From contig CAVFXN010000003.1 of the NCBI GenBank assembly GCA_963626755.1, positions 1,482 to 65,481 of the forward strand: DNA of 64,000 nt, read 5' to 3'. A model generated the notes under the pieces. The model was not told the DNA's origin. It worked only from the letters and a program-made list of their open reading frames with translations, and searched no databases. A program made the position numbers and the translations under genes. The stretch is from Bacteroidaceae bacterium. GTDB taxonomy: Bacteria > Bacillota > Clostridia > Lachnospirales > Lachnospiraceae. Below are positions 56,032 through 64,000 of the stretch, in pieces; positions within the stretch are counted from its first letter, which is position 1, and every line of letters starts with the position of its first letter.

Positions 56032-56122
56032 TGTTCTCCCCTTTTCCGCCGGATACGGCATTTTATCTTTCAAAAGGCTCTCACGACTGAAGTCGCGTGC
56101 TTCCCAGAGCTTCATCAGCTGT

Positions 56123-56659
56123 TCATCGGACACTTCCGGCCGGCACCACTTGCAGCGGGGTACAGATTTCCCTCCAGTGTTTTTTCAGTTTTTCTAACGA
56201 ATATGCTGCATTGGCCGGGCTGGTAGACGGAAGCTTCACCGCCTCCCTCCCCGTCATCTTTTCCGTAAACTTTTTATAATATTCATAAGATTTCGCCCCA
56301 TTGCAATAAATCTGTCGAATATCTGCCTGCGCAAGAATTTCGGTCAGGTCATTGGGAACCACATCCCGGATACTGCTGTCAGAAGAACCTATGATCTGAC
56401 AGCTGTGGATGACATCCCACACTGCAATATGGTTTCTGTGCAAAAAATCCGCTTTTTCTTTTACGGTGGCTGGCAGCGGCTCTGACAAGACCCCGGAAAC
56501 CACCTTCCAGAAACGATTTTGTGGATGTCCATAGAAAAAGGCCTGTTCTCTGGATTTTACAGATGGAAAACTTCCCAGAATTAAAATCTTTGAGTCCTTA
56601 TCATAAAGCGGAGGAATCGGATGCACAACCTCCTGCCTTTTGGTTTCATCTAACTTCAT
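56123..56659 (-). CDS. DNA-deoxyinosine glycosylase (UDG family 6)
   Basis: LILGSFPS, YGHPQNRFW, WDV and LPSTSPAN motifs. Confidence 0.88.
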   Translation of the reverse strand: MKLDETKRQEVVHPIPPLYDKDSKILILGSFPSVKSREQAFFYGHPQNRFWKVVSGVLSEPLPATVKEKADFLHRNHIAVWDVIHSCQIIGSSDSSIRDVVPNDLTEILAQADIRQIYCNGAKSYEYYKKFTEKMTGREAVKLPSTSPANAAYSLEKLKKHWREICTPLQVVPAGSVR

Positions 56660-56670
56660 ACATTAAATCC

Positions 56671-57498
56671 TTAAAAAATCTCATATTCTTTTCCATGTTT
56701 CGCCAGCCAATTCCGACATTCCTGGTACTCCGGCATCACACGCTCTACTTCTTCCCAAAAAGAAGCAGAATGATTCATGATTTTCAGATGGACCAGCTCA
56801 TGGACAATCACATATTCGATAATTTCCATCGGAAGCATGGCAAGCTTCCAGTCAAACTTTAGATTCTTCCGCCTGTTGCAGCTTCCCCATACCGTCAGCT
56901 GGTTTTTCACTTCCAGATTCTGATAGGAAATCCTCGGATACCGGAACGCTGACTTCTTCCTCTCTCCGCTAATCGAAAGCTGATGATACGAAAGCCCTAA
57001 CTTTTCTGCCAGCTGTGCTGCTTTTTTCTTTACGATCCAAATCGTACAGCACTTATAATATCTCATGATCGCATACCGCAAAAATTTTTGACTGTCATCG
57101 GCTGTCCGAATCACAAGCGACCTGCTTCCGTCCGGCCTTTTTTCCATATAAATCTTTATCTCTTCCTCTTCAGATATATACTGGATTCGCAGGCGGGTAT
57201 CCACTTTCCCAAGAAATGGAAGATACAGACCTCCCCGATAGATCATTCTTCCCTCTTTTAAATCCAGGGTGATGGGCAGTGCCTGATGATTCCTCGTCTT
57301 TTTCTTCTCATATTCCTGAAAAATCCTTGATTCATTCAATCGAATATACTGTCGGATCATTTCCCGGCTCATACCGACGGGAACCTTCATATCTACAGAT
57401 AGATCCTGATTAATGATAAAATCAATATATCTGGAATTCACACTCACAATATTAACACATAAACTTTCGGAACCCTGATGAATCCTAACTTTCGACAT
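56671..57498 (-). CDS. M48/YgjP (DUF45) zinc-dependent hydrolase family
   Basis: WGSC, YVIVHELVH and NHSASFW motifs; promoter TTGAAA-N17-TATACT at 57566-57594; start moved to ATG 57498. Confidence 0.85.
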   Translation of the reverse strand: MSKVRIHQGSESLCVNIVSVNSRYIDFIINQDLSVDMKVPVGMSREMIRQYIRLNESRIFQEYEKKKTRNHQALPITLDLKEGRMIYRGGLYLPFLGKVDTRLRIQYISEEEEIKIYMEKRPDGSRSLVIRTADDSQKFLRYAIMRYYKCCTIWIVKKKAAQLAEKLGLSYHQLSISGERKKSAFRYPRISYQNLEVKNQLTVWGSCNRRKNLKFDWKLAMLPMEIIEYVIVHELVHLKIMNHSASFWEEVERVMPEYQECRNWLAKHGKEYEIF

Positions 57499-57786
57499 GC
57501 GTCTCCCTCCTCTCACAACAGTATACCAATTGTTCTTTTTTCTGATATTTTTCTTGTTATTTAATAGTATAGCGCGTTTTTTTTTGACTTTCAACTACTT
57601 TAGAAGAAATCACAATCTTTTAATGCTTTCGTAACAAATACAATGCGACAGGTTCTATTTCGCTGTAGCGTGATCCCCGCAGAGCGTTGACATTGGTTGA
57701 CCCATAACGGGTCGATTTTGTCGTGAGCGCATATCTCCGTGGAGCGTTGTCACTGACTGGCATGTAACAGGAACGCGGGTTATATA

Positions 57787-57892
57787 AAAAAACAGCATCC
57801 TGCTCTCCCGTCTTTGTGCCGTCCCTCCACGTCCGATTGCCATCAAACGTTTCAACCTGACACATCTCACGGGATGTAGAATGCTGTTTTTT
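57787..57892 (-). other. Long-range stem (14/15-bp inverted repeat) in a structured intergenic region
   Basis: AAAAAACAGCATCCT at 57787-57801 versus AGAATGCTGTTTTTT at 57878-57892. Confidence 0.7.
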
Positions 57893-58018
57893 GATTCAAA
57901 ATTCTTTAATCCAAGACTCCCACCTGTGCGAAAGCTTATAAAATAGGACTTTCTCTGACCGAGGTCAAGACTCCCTCGCGGAGCGTTTCCCTCAATCAGT
58001 TCTTGTAAGACGACTGAT

Positions 58019-58414
58019 TTAAAATACACTGCCTGATTTTAATATAATATTAGGATATGGAGAAAATTCACCGGTCCGGATTGCAAAACGACATTTACCG
58101 CTGAGCTTTTTCAGATCTTCATGAGGCATGTATTCTACTTCTGCCTCCGGCAGAGAAGATTTGATATACTCTTCCAGTTCCGGGTTAAATTCTTTAATCT
58201 CATGCGCCAAATAGTATCCTTCCACCTGAACTTCATCCAGTACGGCTTCCATTACCTGTTTAAATGTCGGAACTCCGGCTGTCAGAACGAGATCTACGAT
58301 TTCCACTCCGTCCGGAACCGGCATTCCTGCATCTCCGATCATAAATAAATCTTTATGTCCCAGTGCTGCGAGTAAATACGAAAGTTGCGCGTTTAAGATT
58401 CCTCTTTTCTTCAT
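58019..58414 (-). CDS. rbsD: D-ribose pyranase
   Basis: MKKRGILN, LGHKD, DAGMP, HEDLK and RTGEFSPYPN motifs. Confidence 0.92.
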   Translation of the reverse strand: MKKRGILNAQLSYLLAALGHKDLFMIGDAGMPVPDGVEIVDLVLTAGVPTFKQVMEAVLDEVQVEGYYLAHEIKEFNPELEEYIKSSLPEAEVEYMPHEDLKKLSGKCRFAIRTGEFSPYPNIILKSGSVF

Positions 58415-58468
58415 TTTTCTCTTATATAATGTTTTTCCAGAGAAAACATTATATTTCCCTTCCTTTCT

Positions 58469-58504
58469 AAAAATGCCATGGTAACGATATCGTTGCCATG
58501 GCAT
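58469..58504 (-). terminator. rpsF-ssb-rpsR terminator
   Basis: Near-perfect 32-bp palindrome at 58473-58504 followed by T residues on the minus strand. Confidence 0.75.
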
Positions 58505-58526
58505 AAACAAACAAAATCAAATTACC

Positions 58527-58787
58527 CTATTCTACAGTATAAGGCATTAATGATACGTGCCTTGCTCTCTTGATTGCTACCGTAAGGGCACGCTGATGTT
58601 TCGCACAGTTTCCTGTAATTCTTCTAGGTAAAATCTTACCTCTTTCCGAAACATATCTTTTTAATTTATTCACATCTTTATAATCGATTACTGCATTTTT
58701 ATCTGCACAGAAAATACAAACTTTTTTTCTTCTGCGGCCGCCTCTTCTTCTCATTGGAGCATCGCCACGTTCTTTGCTATATGCCAT
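58527..58787 (-). CDS. rpsR: 30S ribosomal protein S18 (Zn-binding form)
   Basis: CIFC, IDYKD and [17 protein letters not shown] motifs. Confidence 0.98.
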   Translation of the reverse strand: MAYSKERGDAPMRRRGGRRRKKVCIFCADKNAVIDYKDVNKLKRYVSERGKILPRRITGNCAKHQRALTVAIKRARHVSLMPYTVE

Positions 58788-58814
58788 TGATATTACCTCC
58801 TACATTCCTTCACT

Positions 58815-59303
58815 TTAAATAAAAGGCAGTTCGTCTTCAATTCCATCAGGGATTGTCATAAAACCATCGCTTACTGCTTCACTTGGTGCAGGACGGCTCG
58901 TCGGTGTCGGCTGCGCTTCCGGAGCATTGCTGCCCTGATATGGAGTCTGCTGCTGGTACCCACCGTTGTAATTAGAAGATGCCGCTTTACTCTCCGCAAA
59001 ATCCTGCTCTTCAATAATCACATCTGTCGTATAAACCTTCACACCATCTCGGTTCGTGTAACTGCCTGTCTGAATTCTTCCGGACACAACCATCTTCGTA
59101 CCCTGTTTTAAGTACTTTTCTGCAAATTCACCCTGCCGACCAAAGGCCACACAATTAATGAAATCTGCTTCCTGGTCTCCATCTCTCCGGAATCTTCTGT
59201 TCACGGCCAAAGTATATCTTGCTACGCACGTTGACTTCTCGCCCTGGGAATACCTGATATCCGGGTTTCTTGTCAAACGTCCCATCAAAATTACTTTATT
59301 CAT
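58815..59303 (-). CDS. ssb: Single-stranded DNA-binding protein
   Basis: MNKVILMGRLTR, ADFI and C-terminal DELPF. Confidence 0.98.
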   Translation of the reverse strand: MNKVILMGRLTRNPDIRYSQGEKSTCVARYTLAVNRRFRRDGDQEADFINCVAFGRQGEFAEKYLKQGTKMVVSGRIQTGSYTNRDGVKVYTTDVIIEEQDFAESKAASSNYNGGYQQQTPYQGSNAPEAQPTPTSRPAPSEAVSDGFMTIPDGIEDELPFI

Positions 59304-59320
59304 GGAATTCCTCCTATTCG

Positions 59321-59608
59321 TTATGCATCCTGTTTAACGCATAAGTATCTCAAAACTGGCTCCATGATACGAATACGACGTTCGATCTCTCCTGGACACT
59401 CAGCTGATGCATCGAATTGGATGAAATAGTAATATCCTTCTCTCATCTTCTGAATTTCGTAAGCTAATCTTTTCTTACCCCATTCATCAACGTTAGTAAT
59501 CGCTCCGCCAAATTTTTCGATTAAAGCTTTAATCTTTTCAATGGCATCTGCTCTAGCGTCATCTTCGATTTTTGCATTAATAACCAAAGCTAATTCATAC
59601 TTATTCAT
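59321..59608 (-). CDS. rpsF: 30S ribosomal protein S6
   Basis: KYEL, WGKKRLAYEI and EGYY motifs; start is 59608 or 59614. Confidence 0.97.
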   Translation of the reverse strand: MNKYELALVINAKIEDDARADAIEKIKALIEKFGGAITNVDEWGKKRLAYEIQKMREGYYYFIQFDASAECPGEIERRIRIMEPVLRYLCVKQDA

Positions 59609-59616
59609 GGTCATTA

Positions 59617-59670
59617 GCACCTCCTTCTGGTCTTTCTGGCTCTCTTATTCTCAAGAGAACAAGGATTTTT
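59617..59670 (-). promoter_or_regulatory. S6:S18 ribosomal protein leader
   Basis: Minus strand TCCTT...CTCTT/AAGAG...GCCAG...AAGGAGGTG: an anti-SD stem with a CCR motif. Promoter TTGTTT-N17-TATAAT at 59686-59714. Confidence 0.75.
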
Positions 59671-59725
59671 CAACTACAGTTGTCCATTATATCATAGAGC
59701 GACAACAAAAACAAGCTCATTTTTT

Positions 59726-59923
59726 TTATTTTTCATCTCCGTCTTGCTTTAAAATATATCCACGGAAATTTTTTTCAACCAGTTTCCTTGTAACCATCAC
59801 TTCCCTCCCACATTTCAGGCATTGCAGCCGAAAATCCATTCCAACTCTCAATAATTTCCATTCATTTGCACCACAAGGATGCTTCTTTTTCATTTGAATT
59901 ACTTCTCCTACATGAAAATCCAT
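59726..59923 (-). CDS. DUF951 family protein
   Basis: MKKKHPCG..W..LRVGMDFRLQCLKCG; promoter TTGACG-N17-TATAGT at 60019-60047. Confidence 0.92.
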   Translation of the reverse strand: MDFHVGEVIQMKKKHPCGANEWKLLRVGMDFRLQCLKCGREVMVTRKLVEKNFRGYILKQDGDEK

Positions 59924-60052
59924 ATGATTTTTACTCCCTGTAAATTACAATACATATAACAAATACTCTCTCAACTCCGAGATGAACGATGTGAAAGAAT
60001 GATTTCTCCGGTATTTTCACTATAACAGAAAAAAAATTTCACGTCAAAGCTT

Positions 60053-63000
60053 TTACCTATTCTTTTGGCTCTCTTTCTTTCTTCCCCTTTGGAATCGATA
60101 GAATGCAATGACTGCCAAGGCAGTCAACACGACTCCTGTCCCGCAAAAAAGCGGTTCTGCGTAATACATCTGTACGACTTTATTTGTTGTTACCAGACAT
60201 TTGCGGCTGTCTCCTGTTTCATCGGAACTCATCTGATTTCCGGCTTTATCCCTGACAATATAACGAATTTTTTGGTAATGGTTCTTTTCAAAAAGGATCC
60301 GGGTTACCGTATGGTTTTCTCCAAACTCTTCCGGACGAATCTTCACTTTTTCTGTTTTTCTTTCGTTTCCCTGTCCTATTTGAAGTTCGAAAAAATCCAG
60401 GGCATAATTATCAAAAACAGTAATCGTAAAAGGATGCTCCTTTTCTTCATAAAAGATTTCCTCCAAATTTCCGATGCTTACGGACGGAGGTGTCTTATCT
60501 ACAATAAAACGTATTGATTTTTTTCTTATTTCATTATCCGTACTTTTCACCTGCTCCTGCTTTCCTTTTTTTCCGATATGCGCATCGGACTGGATTAACA
60601 GATGGTACTCTCCTTCTTTTTGAAAATTTTCCTTCCTGATGCAGATTGTTTTTTCCCACCAGCCATACCGCTCATTTTTTTTGTCTGTATTTCTTTTTTG
60701 GGTGACAGTATAAATCCTGGAATCTCCTTTTCCATCCTTCTCTGTAATCTCTGTCCTTTCCTCATGGTCTCTCATCAAAATCACTTTTGTCCTGACAGGA
60801 TTGACACACCACTCTTTTAATATAATGTCTTCTTCCTGTTTTAAATATTTTTTCTGTAATATGTCAACCAGGGTTCGATCCAGTTCGTAATCTGCGCCAA
60901 AACGATTGACCTGAAATCTGATTTTCTGGGTTATTTTATTCCCGGCGAGGTCTTCCCCCTTGATGTCCAGCAGATAGATCCCGTCTGTTTTTTCTTTATG
61001 TGTAAAATCACTCCATAGATACTCTATGTGATTCTTGCCATTTTTAATGGTAAATGGATATTCTTTTTCCCCGGTCCGCTTCCCGTCTGCCTTCCTTAAC
61101 ACAGCCTTTACACAAGATCCGGCCAGATTTTCATCTGTGCAGATTACCTGTGGGCATACTTTTCCTGTATAAGTATCCCCCTTCTCCACTCCGGAAACTT
61201 TGATCTTCGGCAAAGTGGTATCTATGATAAATTCCTCCAGCTCTTTTTGCCCGGAAGAATTTCCTGCCGCATCTGTACACTGTACACCAATCCGGTATCT
61301 TCCATTTCGCTTCAGCACCAGCTGACTGTAATGACAGATTCCTTCCCTGGTATAATCTTCCGGTTCTTTTTCCTTTCTTTTTTCTTTCCCTTTTTCCTTT
61401 CCACTGATCCTTTGTATTTTATAAATGATTTTACAATTTTCAAAATTTTTCTCTTTAATACAGAAGGACACTGTCCTGGCACTCCGATAATATCTGTCAT
61501 TTTTCCTGCCCTTTCTGTCCATATCTATCGAGACTTCCGGCGGAGTCCTGTCAATGGTAAATGTCTTCGGATCCTCCCATGCAGCTTTATTCCCGGCATA
61601 ATCAGAAAGAGTCAATCCGATTCCATAATCTTCCCCGTCTTCTCTAAAATATATATTACAGCGGTGGATATTCCCTTGACCCTTCCACTTTCCAATTTCG
61701 TACTTTGTATTGGATCCTCTGATTTTCCAATTGACAGATGCCGGGTTAAAATTCCAGTCTTTTACCGTGATGGTTGCGGTTCTTTCTCTGTTATAAAAAG
61801 AATTTTTTTCCCTTTGCCCGTCATATGTCACTTGGATTTCCGGACTGGTATGATCGAGTACTATTTTATAATTCTGGTCCGTAACATAGCTCTGGTTTCC
61901 GGCATTGTCTTCGAAAGATCCCGTAAGTTTCACGGGATTCTCCCGGCATGATGTGCAGAATTTTTCCGGATTCAGTAGCAGACTCTGCCCTTTTTCATAA
62001 GTGAGATCTTTTTCCTTTTCCCATGTTTTTTCTTTCGACTCCTTCTTTCCCTTACTATCCCTCCCATAAAATATGGTCTTATATATACCGGAATAGCTGT
62101 CAGTAAAAATTGCCCTGGCTTTTACTTTTTCTCTATAATATTTCACTTTATTTTTCTGGTCTGTATATACTGCCTTCGGAAGTCTGAACTGTATCCCACT
62201 TGTTTTTTTGTGAAGTTCTTTTGACTCGGATATCATTCCTTTCGATAACAGCTCTCCGCTTTCATTTCCGCTGAAATCCCTGGCTTTCACTTTGAAATAC
62301 CCTTTGAAATTATCCTGCCCGGCATCGATTTCTGTAAGAAATACCGAGAGATCCTGCCCTGCTTTTTGGGGATTACTTTTTTTGATGCTGCTATCTTTTC
62401 TGAGCGTTCCCTCTGTTTTCCATGGCAAGACGGAATAGAGGATCTGATCTGCCCCACTGATTTTGTCATGGGCGGTAATTGCTATTTTCATGCTGCCGCG
62501 GCTAAAATAAGAAAACGATGCATACGGCCTGAAAATCACGCCCTTATCATTCTCCTGTACTTTATAAGAAATTTCCGGTTTTTCCCTGTCGTATGTAATC
62601 TCTATTTTTTCTCCTTTGCCCTGATTGCCCGCTTTATCACCAAATTCCACGGACAGTTCATGGTTCGTCTGTTCTTCGATTGGAATTTCCGTCTCATTGA
62701 TGCGGATTCCCTTTTCATAATAGGTCTTCCATTGGAGTTGCTTCTTCCATTTTGATATCGCATCTTTCTCCTTTTGCTCTTCTTTGTTCCCATCCGCACC
62801 AGTCATAGCATCCCTTATCACACAATCTTTTTTATTAAAGTTTTCTTCCGCTATTTTTAACAAGATCGTTGGCTGCTCCTGAAAATATTGCCGGCTTCCT
62901 TTCTTTTGAACCGGAGCCTTCTTTGGCGAAAACAGCTGCAAAACCGGTTTGGTCCGATCCACAGTGCATAAGGGACTTTGATATTGATTTCCACGAAAAC

Positions 63001-64000
63001 AGGCGGACATTTCCCTGGCTTCCTCTGGAAGGAGGCTATTTCCGGCCGTATCGGTATAACTCACTGTAAAATAATAATGGCCTTCCAGCAAATTCGTAAT
63101 TTCTGCATAATAGCAAGCTCCTTTTTTCTCCCAGACTATATCCCACCGCACTGTCTGTTCTTCTTTCTCCAAAAGATCTCCTGCAGAAGCATACTGCAAA
63201 CGATACATCTCCGCTTTCACATCCTCCGGTCGAAAATAATCCTCTTGTATGCGGAGTGTGATCTTTTCCTGTTCCTTAAAAAAAATTTCATTTTCTGATG
63301 ATGTGATCTGTTTTTGCCCATCTGAAATCTCACGGTTGACATTCCATGGACTGCTTGTGATCTCTGCAATCTCTTTTTGCCCCTCATACTTCACCTGGAG
63401 TCTTGGTGATTCGTGGTCAATGATACATTCCCCGCTTTCCACTGTTTCGTCATCTGTCTCCATTGCCACTCCGACATTTCCGGCAATATCGGCACATTGA
63501 AAAATAAATTTCCATTGTCCATTCTCATCAAAAGGAAAGACAAGATGCGATTCCTTCCCTCTTTTGCTGCAAGTCCAATCCGAAACACGGATGTTTCCCT
63601 GCACATCTTTTTTATTACTGTTTTTTACCGACATCCGTGCCCGATCATCACAGGGAACCGCCTTGATGGATACTGTGGTATCATCCAGATATTCCTCTTT
63701 GACTGTTATTCTTCCTTTGATTCCCTTCTGATAATAGACATTTCCGTTTTCCGTCCGTTTTTCACCAGCAGAATCTAAGATGATTTTTTGATCGATCAAA
63801 GGCGATTTTTTATCAATCACAAAGATAACACTGGAAAACTTTCCTTCAGACAGGGTTCCATAACTGTCTTTCATGAAATCAGAGAAGACCGCATCATTAC
63901 CTGAGCCATCTTTATATTTCATATTGATTTTATAATACTTGGCTTCTCCCAGCTCTGCTCTTAACCGTATCCTTTTTTGATGTATGATACTGTCCGCTCC
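60053..64000 (-). CDS. Large membrane-anchored Ig-like repeat surface protein, 5' end outside the window
   Basis: Recurrent DxAGN...IDxTxP beta-rich modules and a C-terminal TM with a basic tail; the frame is open from 64000. Confidence 0.8.
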   Translation of the reverse strand, partial: GADSIIHQKRIRLRAELGEAKYYKINMKYKDGSGNDAVFSDFMKDSYGTLSEGKFSSVIFVIDKKSPLIDQKIILDSAGEKRTENGNVYYQKGIKGRITVKEEYLDDTTVSIKAVPCDDRARMSVKNSNKKDVQGNIRVSDWTCSKRGKESHLVFPFDENGQWKFIFQCADIAGNVGVAMETDDETVESGECIIDHESPRLQVKYEGQKEIAEITSSPWNVNREISDGQKQITSSENEIFFKEQEKITLRIQEDYFRPEDVKAEMYRLQYASAGDLLEKEEQTVRWDIVWEKKGACYYAEITNLLEGHYYFTVSYTDTAGNSLLPEEAREMSACFRGNQYQSPLCTVDRTKPVLQLFSPKKAPVQKKGSRQYFQEQPTILLKIAEENFNKKDCVIRDAMTGADGNKEEQKEKDAISKWKKQLQWKTYYEKGIRINETEIPIEEQTNHELSVEFGDKAGNQGKGEKIEITYDREKPEISYKVQENDKGVIFRPYASFSYFSRGSMKIAITAHDKISGADQILYSVLPWKTEGTLRKDSSIKKSNPQKAGQDLSVFLTEIDAGQDNFKGYFKVKARDFSGNESGELLSKGMISESKELHKKTSGIQFRLPKAVYTDQKNKVKYYREKVKARAIFTDSYSGIYKTIFYGRDSKGKKESKEKTWEKEKDLTYEKGQSLLLNPEKFCTSCRENPVKLTGSFEDNAGNQSYVTDQNYKIVLDHTSPEIQVTYDGQREKNSFYNRERTATITVKDWNFNPASVNWKIRGSNTKYEIGKWKGQGNIHRCNIYFREDGEDYGIGLTLSDYAGNKAAWEDPKTFTIDRTPPEVSIDMDRKGRKNDRYYRSARTVSFCIKEKNFENCKIIYKIQRISGKEKGKEKRKEKEPEDYTREGICHYSQLVLKRNGRYRIGVQCTDAAGNSSGQKELEEFIIDTTLPKIKVSGVEKGDTYTGKVCPQVICTDENLAGSCVKAVLRKADGKRTGEKEYPFTIKNGKNHIEYLWSDFTHKEKTDGIYLLDIKGEDLAGNKITQKIRFQVNRFGADYELDRTLVDILQKKYLKQEEDIILKEWCVNPVRTKVILMRDHEERTEITEKDGKGDSRIYTVTQKRNTDKKNERYGWWEKTICIRKENFQKEGEYHLLIQSDAHIGKKGKQEQVKSTDNEIRKKSIRFIVDKTPPSVSIGNLEEIFYEEKEHPFTITVFDNYALDFFELQIGQGNERKTEKVKIRPEEFGENHTVTRILFEKNHYQKIRYIVRDKAGNQMSSDETGDSRKCLVTTNKVVQMYYAEPLFCGTGVVLTALAVIAFYRFQRGRKKESQKNR

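Noticed and set aside
55222..57498. MBL hydrolase, glycosylase and M48 cluster as an anti-phage system
   Set aside because: These are common housekeeping-type families, with no mobile context or defence-specific domains visible.
60035..60050. parS-like TTTCACGTCAAA
   Set aside because: Only about 11/16 match to the parS consensus, and it is explained by the -35 box of the DUF951 promoter.

Overview
A 64-kb chromosomal window from a low-GC Gram-positive anaerobe, most likely Lachnospiraceae (inferred from gene content and order, not measured). Nearly all genes are on the minus strand. From left to right: (1) a cell-surface glycopolymer locus with two GtrB/CsbB-like GT2 enzymes, an acyltransferase-3, a YihY-DUF218 fused ORF, 6S RNA and a 1451-aa multidomain polymerase; (2) a preQ1-riboswitch-controlled queD-queE-folE-queC operon with no queF; (3) housekeeping genes: an HPr-like protein lacking His15, ridA, glpK, cdaA-cdaR, greA, dusB, coaX, birA, argF, ltaS-like, SPFH/NfeD and LOG; (4) a ~21-kb anaerobic tetrapyrrole/cobamide operon from hemL to hemB, including a HemC-CobA-HemD triple fusion, with a divergent cbiG; (5) hisA, an MBL hydrolase, a deoxyinosine glycosylase, an M48 peptidase, an orphan rbsD, rpsF-ssb-rpsR with its S6:S18 leader, DUF951 and a truncated large Ig-like surface protein. 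The strongest lead is the 1451-aa protein. Its domain order and motifs match my recollection of the Haemophilus influenzae type b capsule polymerase Bcs3 (CroT-CrpP-CriT), plus an extra degenerate TagF/TagB-like domain. This suggests a ribofuranosyl-polyol-phosphate (Hib PRP-like) surface polymer in this organism. Other leads are a structured dispersed repeat with an IS200/IS605-like end, a second copy of which now encodes the CobD C-terminus, and a candidate sRNA at about 31.4 kb. I found no tRNA, rRNA, CRISPR array, transposase or phage genes. All family calls are by-eye motif recognition; no searches were run.
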